NCBI GenBank assembly: GCA_008632985.1
Contig: QPGO01000056.1
Location: 276,406-340,405, forward strand
Direction of reading: 5' to 3'
Source: Psammoneis japonica
Taxonomy: Eukaryota
Length of the DNA: 64,000 nt
In this document: positions 1 through 13,265 of the stretch, piece after piece
How positions within the stretch are numbered: position 1 is the first letter of the stretch
Layout: each line of letters starts with the position of its first letter
The notes under the pieces: generated by a model
What the model saw: the letters and a program-made list of their open reading frames with translations, nothing else
Told to the model about the DNA's origin: nothing
Databases searched by the model: none
Position numbers and translations under genes: made by a program

Positions 1-941
1 CGCAGAAGGAGGTCCTGGGGTGGATCATTGACACTTTGTCCATGACCATCCGCCTTGCGCCGCGATGCCGCGAGCGCCTCCGCACCACGCTGTACGAAGA
101 GTTTCCCCGCCACTGCAAGCGGGCAGCGCTTGCCGACCTGCACAAGCTTCTTGGCGAACTGCGATCCCTCACGCCCGGCATTCCCGGGTCTCGCAATCTG
201 TTCTCCGAACTCCAAGAAGCCTTGCTCCACACCAAACCCGACGGGCGAGTTCGTCTTGCCCGCAACTTTCACGACATGTTGGACGATTTTCGGTTGTTGT
301 GCCACGGGCTCGATCTCCGCCCCACCCGCATCCAAGAACTTGTCCCCCTGTCGCCCACTGTCACGGGCTGCCATGATGCAGCCAGTCATGGCGCAGGTGG
401 CATCCTTCTCCCTGCGCCGTCAGCGGTCGCACGCAGCACCACGCTGCATCACTCCACTGCTTGCCGTCGGAGACCACAACATGACGCCAGACCCATCGTC
501 TGGCGCATGCATTTCCCTCAAGCAGTCACCGACCGCCTGTCCACTTTTAAGAATCCCCGCGGCCCTGTCACCAACACCGACTTGGAGTTGGTCAGCGGCA
601 TTGTGCAATCCTGTGCCGCGGCGGACTGTTTCGATGTTTGAGAGCGCACAGTGCTTAACCGCACAGACAACACCGGCACTCTCTTTCGTCAACGCAAGGG
701 CTCCACCACGACTGCGAAGGTCGCAGCACCCCTCCTTCGACACCAAGGTCACCACCAACGTTTCCACCGCTGCCTGTCTCTCCACGACTGCTTGCCGGGA
801 CCGTTAAACACCGCTGCAGATGACGCCTCTCGCTTGCAACAATTGTCCAACCGTGCCTTCTTGCAACATTTTAACACTCACTGCCCACAGACTCCCTCTT
901 GGCGCCTTTGGACCCCTCCACCCGCGCTGCGTTACACGTGA
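1..941 (+). pseudogene. RT C-terminus / RNase H of Ngaro copy 1, interrupted
   Basis: KEVLGWIIDT, LHKLLGELRS, GCHDAASHGAGG, TNTDLEL, TDNT and GPLNTAADDASR motifs typical of DIRS/Ngaro RT-RH. Confidence 0.8.
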
Positions 942-2050
942 TCTCAGCGCTGTGCAACACGCCATTGCCCACGGTGTTGCCGCTTCTTCTGCCAGCTCCA
1001 GCAATGCCCACTGGGACCTCTGGCGAAGTTTCTGTGACGACTTGGCCCTCGACCCTCTCTTGCAAGACGTCAACGACCCAGTCATCTTTTTCCAAGTTTT
1101 CATGCACCGATTCCGTACAGGCGCCATCGCCCCACGTGGCAATCCCGTCCACGCACACACCGCTGAGGGTGCCTCACGGTCAATTGGCCAAACGTTCGCT
1201 GCAATGGGGTCCCTGGACCCGCGGCACACACTCCAAGGCAACATGGATTTCCGCATTAGCCGCCAAATCCGTTTCCACAAGAAAGAGGATCCTCGCCAGA
1301 CCGGGTCAAACCGGTCCCCGTCACTGTCCTCTTGTGGATTGCCCGTGCCGCTTCCCCAACCAACCATCCGGGCACCCAAGCCATCGCAGACATGACTGCT
1401 TTGGCCTTTTTCTTCCTCCTGCGGCCAGGTGAACACACCGCCACCCCTTCCGACACCACTCCATTTCGGTTGGGGGACGTTCGCCTCTCCGCGGGAGGCA
1501 CTCACCTCGATTTGTTCACCTGCGCCAATGAACACCTCGACACCGCCACCTTTGGCACGCTCACTTTTGCCACACAGAAGAACGGCGTGCGTGGCGAGGT
1601 GACAGGTCTTGGCCTGTCCGGACACCCTGACCTCTGTCCGACACGCGCCCTCATCCGTCGCGTGAAACATCTCCGCACCTTTGGCGCCGCACCAGACATG
1701 CCCCTGGTGTGTGCTTGCACAACAACACCTGGTGCCGTGTCTCTCCCGCCGATGTTGCCAGCATCCTGCGCACCGCAATTCTGGCAATCAGCCCCGCTGC
1801 GCTGGGTTTCACACCCGCCGATGTCTCCGCTCGCTGTTTGCGTGCGGCTGGTGCCATGGCCCTCCTGTGTGCCCATGTTGACACCGACGTGATCCGCCTC
1901 TTAGGCCGATGGCACTCCGACGAGATGCTCCGTTACCTCCACTTACAAGCAGAACCTGTCATGCGCAATTTCGCAACCCGCATGTTTGTGGGCGGCCAAT
2001 TTGTCCTGCACCCCAACGCTGATGTGCCCCTTGCTGCCGCCGACCCGTGA
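900..2050 (+). pseudogene. Tyrosine recombinase of Ngaro copy 1, frameshifted
   Basis: AFFFLLRPGEHT, ARCLRAAGAMAL and GRWHSDEMLRY (catalytic Tyr retained), split over three ORFs (820-1395, 1332-1892, 1709-2050). Confidence 0.88.
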
Positions 2051-2609
2051 TTCCATCACAGGCCGCGCCTCAGCCTTCCAGCTGGGCCCACCCACCCACC
2101 CAATTGCACCGCCACCACCTGCACCAGTGTACGTGGGTGGCGCCGGAATGGCCATGCCGTTCCAGCTTGGGAATGGAAAGGGACCAACTGCGCCAGTAAA
2201 GTCCTCCCATCCCTGCTGGTTGCCTGTCTCTAGAATCAGATCACCACAAGAAGTCGTGCGAGCAAAGCGACGCCAGTCGCTGGCCTCGTAAAGACCAACA
2301 AGGGGAGATGACCTCATCACCCGTTGATGACGCACCGGGAAATCACCCCCCGCATCCACCACATTGAACGCGTTCAAGTTGACGTTTGGAAGCAAGCTGC
2401 TGTTGCTCATTCTTCCGAAGAGCTTTAGCAGCAAGCCGACAGACAGTCTAAAAGCGCTCCCACCTCTCCCTCCCTCTGGCCACACCATTCCAGCTTGGGA
2501 ATGGAAAGGGACCAACTGTGCCAGCAAAGTCCTCCCATCCCCACCAATTGCCTGTCTCTAGAATCAGATCACCACAAGAAGTCGTGCGAGCAAAGCGACA
2601 CCAGTCGCC

Positions 2610-4500
2610 GGTGATCAAGAAAGAGCACACCTGAAAGTCATTGCAGTGGTCATCCAACCAGAAACCTTCTGACGCCAGCCAGCCCAAGAAGTCATCTAAT
2701 GCCGCCAAACACAAGAAAGGTGAAAAGCCGAAATTCAAAGGAAAATGGACTTGGCACGGCATTGAACCCAAGCCTGGAGAACCCAAGGTTAAGACCTTTG
2801 AGGGCAAGGAATGGAAGTGCAGTGACTTTCACAAGTGCTGGGGGCAGCACTTAACCAAGGATTGTCGTGCCAGGCAGAAGGTTGGCCAGAAACGCTCTGG
2901 TGGTCTGTCGCAGCCCGCTTCCAATGTGCCAGCCACTTCCATGGATGTCTTGGCATTGACAACACATCCCACAAGGCCCATGACAAATGAGGGTGGTAGT
3001 CAGGTTTGGAGTTGATCCATGTCACACTGCTTGTCATGCCATTTGCAGCTCTGGCTTGCAGTGCTGATGAGACTCTGAAGCCTCTCTTGACAAAAGCAAT
3101 TCCCGTCGCACCCAACATGATCAGCAGCACACATGATCTGTTGTCCTCCTTGTCCAACTTGTCCAAACCAACCTCTTTGACTTTGGACCCAAAGGTCATG
3201 TCAGAAGGCCTCAGAGTCGATGCAAAAGGGGTCAACCAGTTGCCGTTGCTGTGTTTGTTGCAAGCATTGAGTGTGCGTGTCATGCGCAAGGTGGTCAAGG
3301 TCTGTGTCACCTGCGAGCCTGTCATGGAGTGCTCCTCCACCACCAACATCAATTGGCATGCCACCTGCAATGACCATGGCTTCAACAGCAACTTGTTTTT
3401 GACAGGCACCAACAACCATGCCTCCTGCTGTCTGGCCAACTTGATGATGCCTGCTGACTGCACATCTCACCACCAACAAAGGTCAACGTGAATGTGAGGG
3501 GCACATCAGGCACTGCATCAACTTCCTGCAAAAGAGCAGTTCACTGGAATGTCCAAGATGACCTTGGATAGACCCGCCCCTTGTGTGTCTGTGGTGTGTG
3601 TCATGTTCCCAACCTTCCGATCAGGCTCCTGTCTCTGCAGCACCTGGCTCAAGCTCTCAAGCCACAAGAGCACACCCATGAAGGGACTCGTGCCATTGCC
3701 ATGCATGACCACACTCTGCTTGAGTGGATGGATTGAAAATGCATGTGGTTGGTCCCCCTCAACAAGAGCAACGTTGGCGTCTTTTGCTCCACCACATCAT
3801 TTGCATCTGTCATCAAGACAAAAACTTTTGTGCAATCTGAGAGCACACCTTGTTCCACCCAACAATGACATTCTCAACACTGCTGCATTCATGCACATGA
3901 TCTTCTGCCCAATGGGGTCTCAGACCATGCCAAGCAACCCTCAAAATTGACTGCTGTTCTTGTTGATGAAATTCCTGGTGACACTGCCACTCTGCACAAG
4001 GAAGCTGCCACTGCCAATCAATCAACACCTTTGTCCAACACCAACGTGATTTCAACCTCTCTGAGGATGATTTGGACCAAGAGCCATTCATTGAAAACAA
4101 AGAAATGATCGCTCCAATGAGTCTGTCTCATGAAATTTTACTTTGGCACTGTGGACTCATTCATCTCCCTTTTTCGCACATCCAAGCTGTGGCTTGCAAT
4201 GGAGATCTGCCTCATCATCTTGCAGAGTGTCACACTCCTCAATGTGCTCCTTGTTGGTTCAGAAAAGCAACAAAAAGCAACTTGGAAAAAGTCCAAGGCA
4301 ACACCAAACAATGCAAAACATTCAAGGCTGCAGAGCCTGGTCAGTGCATGTTGGCTGATCAGCTCGACGCAACAACACCAGGCCATGTTGATCAATTGAA
4401 AGGTTGGGCAACAAGAAAATGACATCAATGCACTGCTGTGTTCATTGATCACTGAGGTGGCTTCTCTTTTGTCTGCCTGCAAAGACAACCTTGACTGAGG
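2610..4500 (+). mobile_element. Degenerate Ty1/Copia (diatom CoDi-like) gag-protease-integrase relic
   Basis: Gag knuckle KEWKCSDFHKCWGQHLTKDC; protease-like NNHASCCLAN...VHWNVQDDLG; GAG-pre-integrase LLWHCGLIHLPFSHIQ...CHTPQCAPC; integrase start PGQCMLADQLDATTPG...TAVFIDH. Confidence 0.8.
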
Positions 4501-4898
4501 GGCAACAAGTGACAGAAATGTCATCAACTTGCGTTTGCTGTGACCATGTGGGGGGGAGCTGCACCTTTCTTGCTGATGGCCAAACTTTGGTGCCTTGCCA
4601 TGCAACTGAGAACTGACAGGATTCCCTCTCACTCATTGATGATTTCTGGTGTCATCAGAGGATGATCTGTTTGTGTCCAAACCACCATGATTTGGCTCAG
4701 CCCCTCAAGTGCTTTGCAGTGCATTGACTTCTCCATGTCCATGTTGGAGCAAGTGTGCCTCATCACTTGAGCAACAGCAGGAATGCCGTGAACCTGTTGA
4801 GCTGCTTTGGAGCTCTTCATTGTCTCAGCAAGCAAGCACACCAGAACACCAAGTGCAAGGTGCAAAGTCCCAGCAAGGGCACACTCTGTGAGTGGATC

Positions 4899-6060
4899 CA
4901 CACCCTGTGGATCACCCTTGTCCTCATCCAAAACAGAGGCAGGCTGTGCAACCAAAGCAACTGCCACCACAGCTCAGCCAAGGACAACCCTGCAGAGAAC
5001 ATCTGCACTCATGCAAAAGTGTGTCAAGTGGGGTGTCTGGTGTCCACCCATCCACCCCTGTCCCCAAGCATGAAAGCAAAGCTGCAGTGCCTCCATTGAG
5101 GACAGCAGAGAATGCCCACACTTCTGCAAAAGTGTGCCACATGGGGCACCCTGTCCTCAAGTGTGAAAGCAAACCTTTGGTGCCTGCATCAGTGACAGTG
5201 CACTGCCCCGCTGGCTCCCCATTTTTCAGCCACCATCAGCGCCATCCATCTTTCATCCCCAGAGCCATTTTGTCTCAACTTCTCTGGGCAGCCATGGGCT
5301 GCCATTTTGCACTGAGGGCCTGTGGCAGGGTTGTGAGCTGCTGAGCAAAAGTGTGCTGGGCTGACAAAAGAAATTGTGGGAACCTGTCACAAACAAAGAT
5401 GACAGCCTGAAAGAAGATCTTCTGGTCATGCTTGCAAAGCATGCCAAGGAGCACAACTTGCTCAACAAAAAGGGCCAGAAAATGAGGAAAGCCAATGAGT
5501 GCAAATGCCAAGCTGAGGGCCAAGGTGGTTGAGGCAATGCAAAACAACTGCAGAGTGTCTTGGGTGACAAAGATGACAAGCACTTTTGATTGGACAGCTC
5601 TTGGGTGACAAAGATGATGAGCACTTGACCAGCCAGCTCTGAGGGATCTGGGTGCAATTCCAGAAGCTCTGGCACCAGCATTGGGCGCAAATGAGAATCA
5701 CAGCATCATGAGTCTTGCTTTGGGGGCAGTGGTCCAAGGTGACTCACAAGTGCAAAACTTTGTCAAGCTGGGTGCCATCAAAAAGAGGTGGCTGAAACTT
5801 GGGGTGCCGACAAGGTGCTTTTCTAGCTGTGGCAATGTCCAGGTTGGCACTCTTCACACAAATGGCACATCAAAGTGCTGGTGCAGACACTCACACATGG
5901 AGAAACAGGTGGGAATGGAGAACCACGGACATGTGGGAGTGGTCATTTGCCAGCCTTGATGCCAAAGACAAGGAGACAGGAGCACCTTTCTAAAACAAAA
6001 AATCTTTGGCTCAACAAAGCTTGAGATGTTGCAGCTGATGTGGTGCACACAAGCAGCCCA
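4899..6060. repeat. ~1.16-kb dispersed repeat, copy 1 (unclassified TE relic)
   Basis: Direct copy at ~28209-29400. A more diverged, inverted relative lies near 11700-11970. Confidence 0.85.
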
Positions 6061-9000
6061 TCAGCCTCTGCAAGTGTGGCAGAAAAGTGGAGCTGCCCGC
6101 AAATGGGCACCTTTCATGGGAATGCATTCCAACAAGTTCAAAGGATGACTCAAACTTTTGTCAAGTGATTCTTGAACCACAGAAGTTGTCATTTCCATGG
6201 CATGCAGACTGTCTCAAGGGTCATTTTTGTCTGATGATGTGGGCTGGTCATCTGCACGATGAAGCATCATGGGCTGTGATTGACATTTTGGATCACCACC
6301 CTTTCCTTCATTGAGATCACCAAGTGTGGGACAAGCTCATGTCAAGTGACAAGCCCCCTTCTTGAGGAGCAGCCATCAGAGTCCATTCAAAGCTGATGGC
6401 AGGTGTTCACAGCCTTGTGATGATCATTTCAAAGAAGCCTGCACCAAGGACTTCTCACTCCTTTTGGGAGCTGATCAGGTCACTCATCAAGATTTGGTTC
6501 TTGGCTTTCTTGAAAAAAAAATGAAAAAAATGTGTTTTGGATGACCACAGAATTCATTGAAGCCTTTCCTCAATTTGTGACCTCTGAGGTGGCAAAAAAA
6601 TGGCTGATCACTTCATGAGCAACTCCTCGTCAATCTCACAAAAACTGCATCATCACAGCAACAAAGACAAGCCCCATTTCTGAGCCTGGCACCACAGTGT
6701 GTCTTGCAGGCACTGCACCATCCATGATGGATGGCTGCCTTTTGAGGCAGCAGTGGAGAGCACAAACCACTGGTGCAGGAAAAGCTCTGCACATGGCATT
6801 GCCTTGTGCCGAGTCTTTGACCACTCTGGCTTTGGAGACACTGGCATCACATGCCTCCCTCCCCTTGCATGCTGCTTTTCTGATGAAGCATCACAAGTGC
6901 AGCACCAATGCAATGCCTGCTGCAGAGCACCATTGCTTGCCCCGGCAAAGAAACAGCAACAACAACCTGGTTGTCACAACAGCCACAATGCATTTGACAA
7001 AGAAGAGAGTGCTGACAGCTGATGGACAGCTGGGTGATGAGTGGCTGCTGCAGAATTTCAAGTGGTGGGCAACAGAGCTTTTCTTTGTAAAAAACAAAGT
7101 TCAGTCAGTTTGTGCACCCCCAAGCATGTCATTGTCAACAAGTTCTCTCTCTCTCTGTGACTGCACAATCAAGGACCAGTCATTGCAGAATTGGGGAGTG
7201 GGGAACCCCAAAAGCACTCACAAGATTTGCGTCAAATGGCAAGATGAACAAAACACAGTTGGTCTCTGTTGACCCCAAGAAACCCTTTTTTCATGACAAC
7301 CTTGAAGAGTTTGCACACACTGTTGCTGATTGCTCCATGAGGGCAGATGACATGAGCAAGAGGTGGCTTTGGAGAGGTGCTCCTGTTGTGGACACTTGTC
7401 CAGAGAGATCATCAACAAGTCCTCTCTCTGTGGCTGCACAACCAAGGACCACTCATTGCAGAATTGGGAAGCAGGGAACCCCAAAAGCATTCACAAGATT
7501 TGCGTCAAATGGCAAGATGAGCAAAAAGGAGCTGGGCTCCTTTTTGACCCCAAGAAACCCTTTCTTCATGACAACCTCCAAGAGTTTGCATGCACCACTG
7601 CTGAGTGCTCCATGTGGACAGATGTCACAAGTGGATTGAGAGGTGGCTTTGGAGAGGCCTTCCTGTTGTGGACACTGCTTGTCCAGAGGACTGGAGACCA
7701 TCACTTACAAAGCTGGGCAGCCAGTGCCTGTCACAAGCTTTCACGATTCGTGCAACAGAGCAGTGCTCTTGCAAGAGACAAAGCAAGCAGCATGGCAAAA
7801 AATCTGAATCCTCAGCAGCACAATTTGTGCATTTTGTGCACTTGCAAAGCCAGGTGCCCTGGCAAGACATCACAAGTTCAAAAGTGCACAGCACCAGGCA
7901 AGCCTCATGGTTTCTTGGAAAGCCTCGTGGCCCCATGTTTTTCACACCTGCGCAACCAATTTTTTGCTTTCACACCAGCAAGCCAATGTTGCCACAAAGC
8001 CTGCACCACTCGCCACTTGCACCAGCCACTTTGGTGGCTGTGGGTTGCCCAGAGGTTGTTGTTGGCACAAACTTCATCAAACTTGCAAGCCGCTGCTTTT
8101 TCAGATCAAGTTCTGCCAAATGGCTTGTGACTTGCCAATTTTTTTCTGAGTTTTGCCATGCTTCATGGTGAAAGCCATGAGACACAAGTTTGCAAAGGAG
8201 GTGTGCCAGGCTCCACACTCTCATTGCTGGCACTGTGCCCACACCATGTGTTGGGCCATCATCTGAATTTTGCTGTGCTTCATGGCAAAAGCCATGAGCC
8301 ACAAGTTTGCAATGGAGGTGCGCCAGGCTCTGCACTCTCGTTGGCACTGTGCTCACCATGTGCTGCACCAATGGATCCTTCACATTGGTGCAATTCAGCG
8401 CACACTTGCTCGCAGGCCTGTCACGTCCACAGCATGGCAGAGAGCCCCCTTCACCCCAACTTGGTGCAACAATTTCACTTCACACAGCAGACATTTGCTG
8501 AAATCTGAGAACCACATTTGCAACCACAGTCACATGTGTGCAATGCTTCACTTTGCAGAGCTTCTTGCAAGCTGTCAAGTGAGCCTGCACAGTGGTTTTG
8601 GATCCTTTGCGTTTGTGCAATTTCAGTCCTTTGCATTTGGCAAATTTCATCTCACTCATGCAGCACATGTTCGCTCAAATGCTGCAACTGCAATTTCAGG
8701 ACAAATGCTGGTGATCCCACCCTCAACCGGGTGTGTCACAAGTTTGGAGTGCACACAGCATGGCGGAGAGCCCCTGTTTCAATTTGGCTGATCTTTGCAG
8801 TGCATGTTTGTTTTTTGCATGCATGCTTTCTTTTTGTGTCACATCCCAGGACATTCTTTGTGCAATGATTTCACTTGCAAGTGCTTCTTGCAAGCCAAGC
8901 CACACCGTGTTCTCATTGGGTGGGTGCAAAAGATTGCAAAGAAGGAAGTGGGCAAAGTGGGTGGCAACGTTGGTCTCAGCTGGACAGCACCGTCTGTAAT

Positions 9001-12000
9001 CTGAGTGGACAGATGGCGGGGGTTAAATCAACTCCAACTGTCACCACCAGGAGCCAATGGGACAACATGCGGTGGAGTGTGCTGATGCAAAAAATGTTGC
9101 CACCAGGAGCTCATGGGACAACATGCAGTTGCACACACCCTTGCGGGACATCACCACCAGGAGCTCATGAGGCAACACACAGTGAGGTGCTGGTGACCCT
9201 GCCCTCAACCGGGTGTGTCACAAGTTTGGAGTGCACGCAGCATGGCAGAGAGCCCCTGCCACAAATCAATTGATCTTTAATGTGTGCATTTGTTTTTTCC
9301 ATGCATGCCTTCTTTTTGTGTCACACCCCAAGACATTCTTGGTGCAATGACTTCACTTGCAAGTGCCTCTTGCAGCCAAGCCATGTCGTGTTCTCACTGG
9401 GTTGTCAGCGCAGAAGATTGTGAAAAAGGGGGTGAGCAAAGTGGGTGGTGACATCAGTCTCCAGCTGGACAGCACTGTCCACAATCTGAGTGGACAGCTC
9501 GCAGGGTTGAAATCAATTCCAACCGTTGCCACCAGGAGCTCATGGGACAACACGCGGCGCGTGCACCAGTGTGGAACATTGCCTCCAGGAGCTCATGGGA
9601 CAACATGTGGTGGCACACACCAATGAGGAACATTGCCGCCAGGAGCTCATGGGATGACATGCAGCAGCATGTCCTGGTGCGGAACATTGCCACTCGGAGG
9701 TTTTAAAAAAAGTCAATGAAACTGGTGCAGGTTTCATGGCTGGCTTGGAGTCTTTGCAGCAATTTGTGCAGCAGGGCAGCCCAGTTGGTCAGCACAAGTT
9801 GTTGGGTCATCAGGACACCAACAAAAATTATAAGGACATTGTTGTTGCCATCATCAGGGTCAACACATGGGAGCAAGAGAACGTCCTTCAGTGCAAAACT
9901 TGGCAGTTGCGTGCACCATGAAAAGCACCTGTTTTGGGGCATGTGTGTGCAGCGGGACATTGCCCTTGAGAGTCTGAATGCATCCTGCCAGCTCTGCAAT
10001 GGCATCTGGAACTCCAACGGTTGCCTTGAGATTGTGAGCAGGTGTCTCATCATCTTGAGCACCATTGCAGGTTTTGTCATCGCATTGACGTCCCGCCGCG
10101 GTGTTCTCAAGAGTCTGAGCATGTCCCACCAGCTTTTCAATGGCATTGGTTGCAGTTCATTGTTGTCTTGACATCCCACCACAGCACCCTCAAGAGTCTG
10201 AATGCATCCCACCAGCGCGGCAGTGGCATCCTCTAGAACTCCAACAGTTGCCTTGAGATCTCTGGCAGTTGTCTCCAAAGTGACAAATTGACCTTCCAAC
10301 TCATTCGGAGTGTCGGTGAAATTGGCTTCAAAATTCTTGACAGTTGTCTTGGCCTCCTTTCCTCCTTTGCTTTTGAACATGCCTGGGCCCACAGAAGCAG
10401 TGATGGAACAGCTGCTGCTTCTTTGCGTGCTCTTTTTCTTGTTCTCTGGTGGTGTTGCCGTGCCTCCCACGACCAAGCCACTGGCGGCCTTTTCTGCTTT
10501 GGGTGAGGTGTGGACATGGCCCTTGATCCAAGAAACTTCTTTGCAGTGTTCTTCATTGTGGAGGTGTTGAAAGTGATGCCGTGCAACTCACAAGATTTTC
10601 AGATCAAAAATTTTCAGATCATAGAAACCAGCACAAATGTCACTGGGAGCGAAGGAAGTTTGCACTGACACAACCCAATGCAAGAACCGGATGTTGGACA
10701 AGTGGCACAAAAAATTCTGAACAGAAAAAAATTGAGGGACTCTGTTCATGGTTTCGGCTGGATCCTTTGGTGTAAAACTTGGCAATTGTGCGCACCATGA
10801 AAAGCATTTGTTTGGGGCATGTGTGTGTCAACAAGGATTCCATCAAGGTTTTGGTCAGATCCTTTGTGCTTCTTGCAATCTGAGCAGCTTGGTTTCAGAT
10901 CTGCAGAGAAGGAAATGAGCAAAGTGGGTGGTGACATCAGTCTCCAGCTGGACAGCACTGTCCGCAATCTGAGTGGGCAGCTGGTGGGGATTGAAGTCAA
11001 TTCCGGCTGTTGCCGCCAGGAGCCCACGGGACACTGATGTGGAACATCATCACTGCCAGGAGCTCATGAGACAACACGTGGTGGTGCACACCCATGCAGA
11101 ACATTGCCACCAGGAGCTCTTGGGACAACACATGGTGGTGTGCACTGATGCGGAACATCGCCACTTGGAGGTTTTAAAAAATTGATGAAGCTGGTGCAGG
11201 CTTCATGGCTGGTTTGGAGTCTTTGCAACGGTCTGCACAGCAGGGCACCCAGTTGGTCAGCACAAGTTGCTGGGTCATCAGGATGCCAACAATCTTTGTC
11301 GTGGCACTCGTTGTCAAACAGCCTTTCTTTCATGAGTGTGACTTTAGGCTGAAGGATGCAACTGTCTTCCCTTTTCCTCTTTGCGTGCTTTCTTGGGCTT
11401 GGGCTCTTCTCCTCCATGCAAGAACATCACGGCCTGAACTGCACTCTTGAAGATTTTGCCTGAGGCAGAATGCAACTCACTGGCTTGAGTGGCTTTTTGT
11501 TTTTGGACCACAAGAGATCCAACATCTCCTCTCAAATGTTGTTTTCGCTCACAGAAAACAAGTCTCGATTGGCGACAATGCGTGATTCACAGTGCTCGTC
11601 ACCAACAATGAATTCCAAAATGCTGTTTTTGCTCACAGAAAACAAGCCCCGATTGGCAATGATGTGTGCTTCACAGTGCTCATCACCATCAATGGATTCC
11701 TTGTCTTTGGCATCAAAGCTGGCAAATGACCCGGACCCACTTTTCCATGGTTCTCCGTTGCCGTCTGTTTCTCCATGTGGGAGTGTTTGCACCTTGCAGG
11801 CAGCATTTTCATCATTGGCATCAGAGAAGAGGACTTCCAAACCATTTGTGTAGACAGTGCCAACAAGGATGTTGCCACAGCCATGATGTTTCGTTCTTGG
11901 CATGCCACGATGCAACTTCCGCTTCTTGATGGCACCGAGCTCGACAAAGTTTTGTGCGCGCCTTGGACCACCACCCGACTGTTGCCCTTCCACACTGTTT
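6061..12000. repeat. Unclassified TpA- and CpG-depleted repeat relics with internal duplications
   Basis: Tandem duplication ~7135-7410 / 7410-7690; duplicated blocks ~8705-9180, ~9185-9830 and ~10905-11290; no ORF with a recognisable domain. Confidence 0.6.
9040..9692. repeat. ~54-bp minisatellite (core ccaccaggagctcatgggacaaca) in two clusters; third cluster at ~11010-11165
   Basis: Core recurs with a period of about 54-57 bp, and the intervening sequences resemble each other. Confidence 0.85.
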
Positions 12001-12129
12001 TTGGCTTTCTCTGTCCTCTTGGCACAACCCCCGTTCCACTCTGCAACTTTCTGCAATTTTTTGCTGTTGTGCTCCAGTCCTTGCCTCCACTGCCACTCTC
12101 TCTCCCACCTCCCTGGCCACTCCAGTCAA

Positions 12130-13265
12130 GTCGGCTGCTCTTTCTGGCCTGGCCCACTGTCTTCACCATGACCATCAGCAGCAACAGCTTGTTGCTTCTG
12201 CCCTCACTGATGCTCCCTCTGATGCACAAATTTCCCTGCCTTCACTGCTTTCTCCGCTGACCAGCCTCCCTTTTCATTCCTTCTCCCGGCGCTTCCGGAG
12301 CTCCCGCCTTCCTTCTGACGCCCATGTCATTGCCGCCCAACGCAAGCTCCGCCTTCCCATTCTTCCTTCCTCTCTTGTCAACATGCCCTGTCCTTGTGGC
12401 CATGCTGCTCTTGATGCCTGTGATGACCACACCTTCTCTTGCCATCGTGGTCACAAATCCAAGCTCTCCAATGGCCTTTGTGACACCCTTTTCATCACAG
12501 CCCAAACCTTGGGACCCCTTGCCCAGCTCTGCCATTCTCCCAATGATGCTCACCTTGAGCCCACGAATCTGCTCTCCCTGCCTGTCCACTTCTTCACCCT
12601 GCTGATGTTGGCATTTCCATTCCTCCTCCCCTCACTCTCTTTCCCGCCATCACTGCGTCTCGCCCTCCTCCTGGTCTGCCTGCCCCCTCTTCCCCCATTT
12701 CAGCTGAGGCACACCATTCGAGCATGAGACTGAAGTTTCTTGGCCCTTCTGCTTCCTCCACTGAAAGATCCCTTGTTGTTGCTTTATTCAACAATGACGG
12801 CATCTTCCTTCTCCCTTTCACCGTCGATCACCTTGGCGCTGGCCTTCGATTCTTTGCTCACCGTTTTCTCTTCGGCTCCACATTTTCCTCCCCCCGCTTT
12901 AACCCAAGCCTCCCTGGTCTTCTTCTTCTGACCTTTGTCACCCCGATGCTTCCCACTCTGCCTTCCTCCATGCCTCATCCTCTCCATCTGCTCTTCTCCC
13001 GCAGGCTGACTTCGAGTGGCGCCGCCTGTCCTCTGGCAGCCACAATGTTGTCCTTCAACTCTCCATGCACGCCCTCCGATTTACTTCCTCCCTCCCTGCT
13101 CCTTCATCTCCTGTCCCATCGACCAAACGCCCTACGTCCAGCGTTTTCTGCCCGTTCTACTCTGCCGCCACTGCAGCCATTTATCTACCTCCGTACGCCG
13201 TGCCTCCCTCTGCTGTATGTTCCCTTCCATCTATTATGCCGCCAAACCTTTTCCAACCAACAACA
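12130..13265 (+). mobile_element. 3' fragment of a CRE-like non-LTR retrotransposon (CCHC finger plus restriction-like endonuclease)
   Basis: RKLRLPI...CPCGHAALDACDDHTFSC, followed by EPTNLL and (frameshifted) HPADVGI; pyrimidine-rich sense strand; ends in a CAA-rich tail. Confidence 0.7.

Larger units (their letters stand above)
1..2608 (+). mobile_element. Ngaro-type tyrosine-recombinase retrotransposon, copy 1 (5' part lies outside the window)
   Basis: RT/RNase H remnant followed by a YR ORF, then 3' split direct repeats B1 (~2150-2280), A2 (~2281-2438) and B2 (~2477-2608). Colinear with the inverted copy at 29886-35883. Confidence 0.9.

Noticed and set aside
804..1787. Long antisense ORFs over the YR genes (also 31073-32071)
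   Set aside because: Shadows of GC-rich, TpA-depleted sequence with no recognisable domain.
9040..11165. CRISPR-like array of ccaggagctcatgggacaaca units
   Set aside because: The 'spacers' are homologous to each other, the repeats are degenerate, no cas genes are present and the context is eukaryotic. It is a minisatellite.
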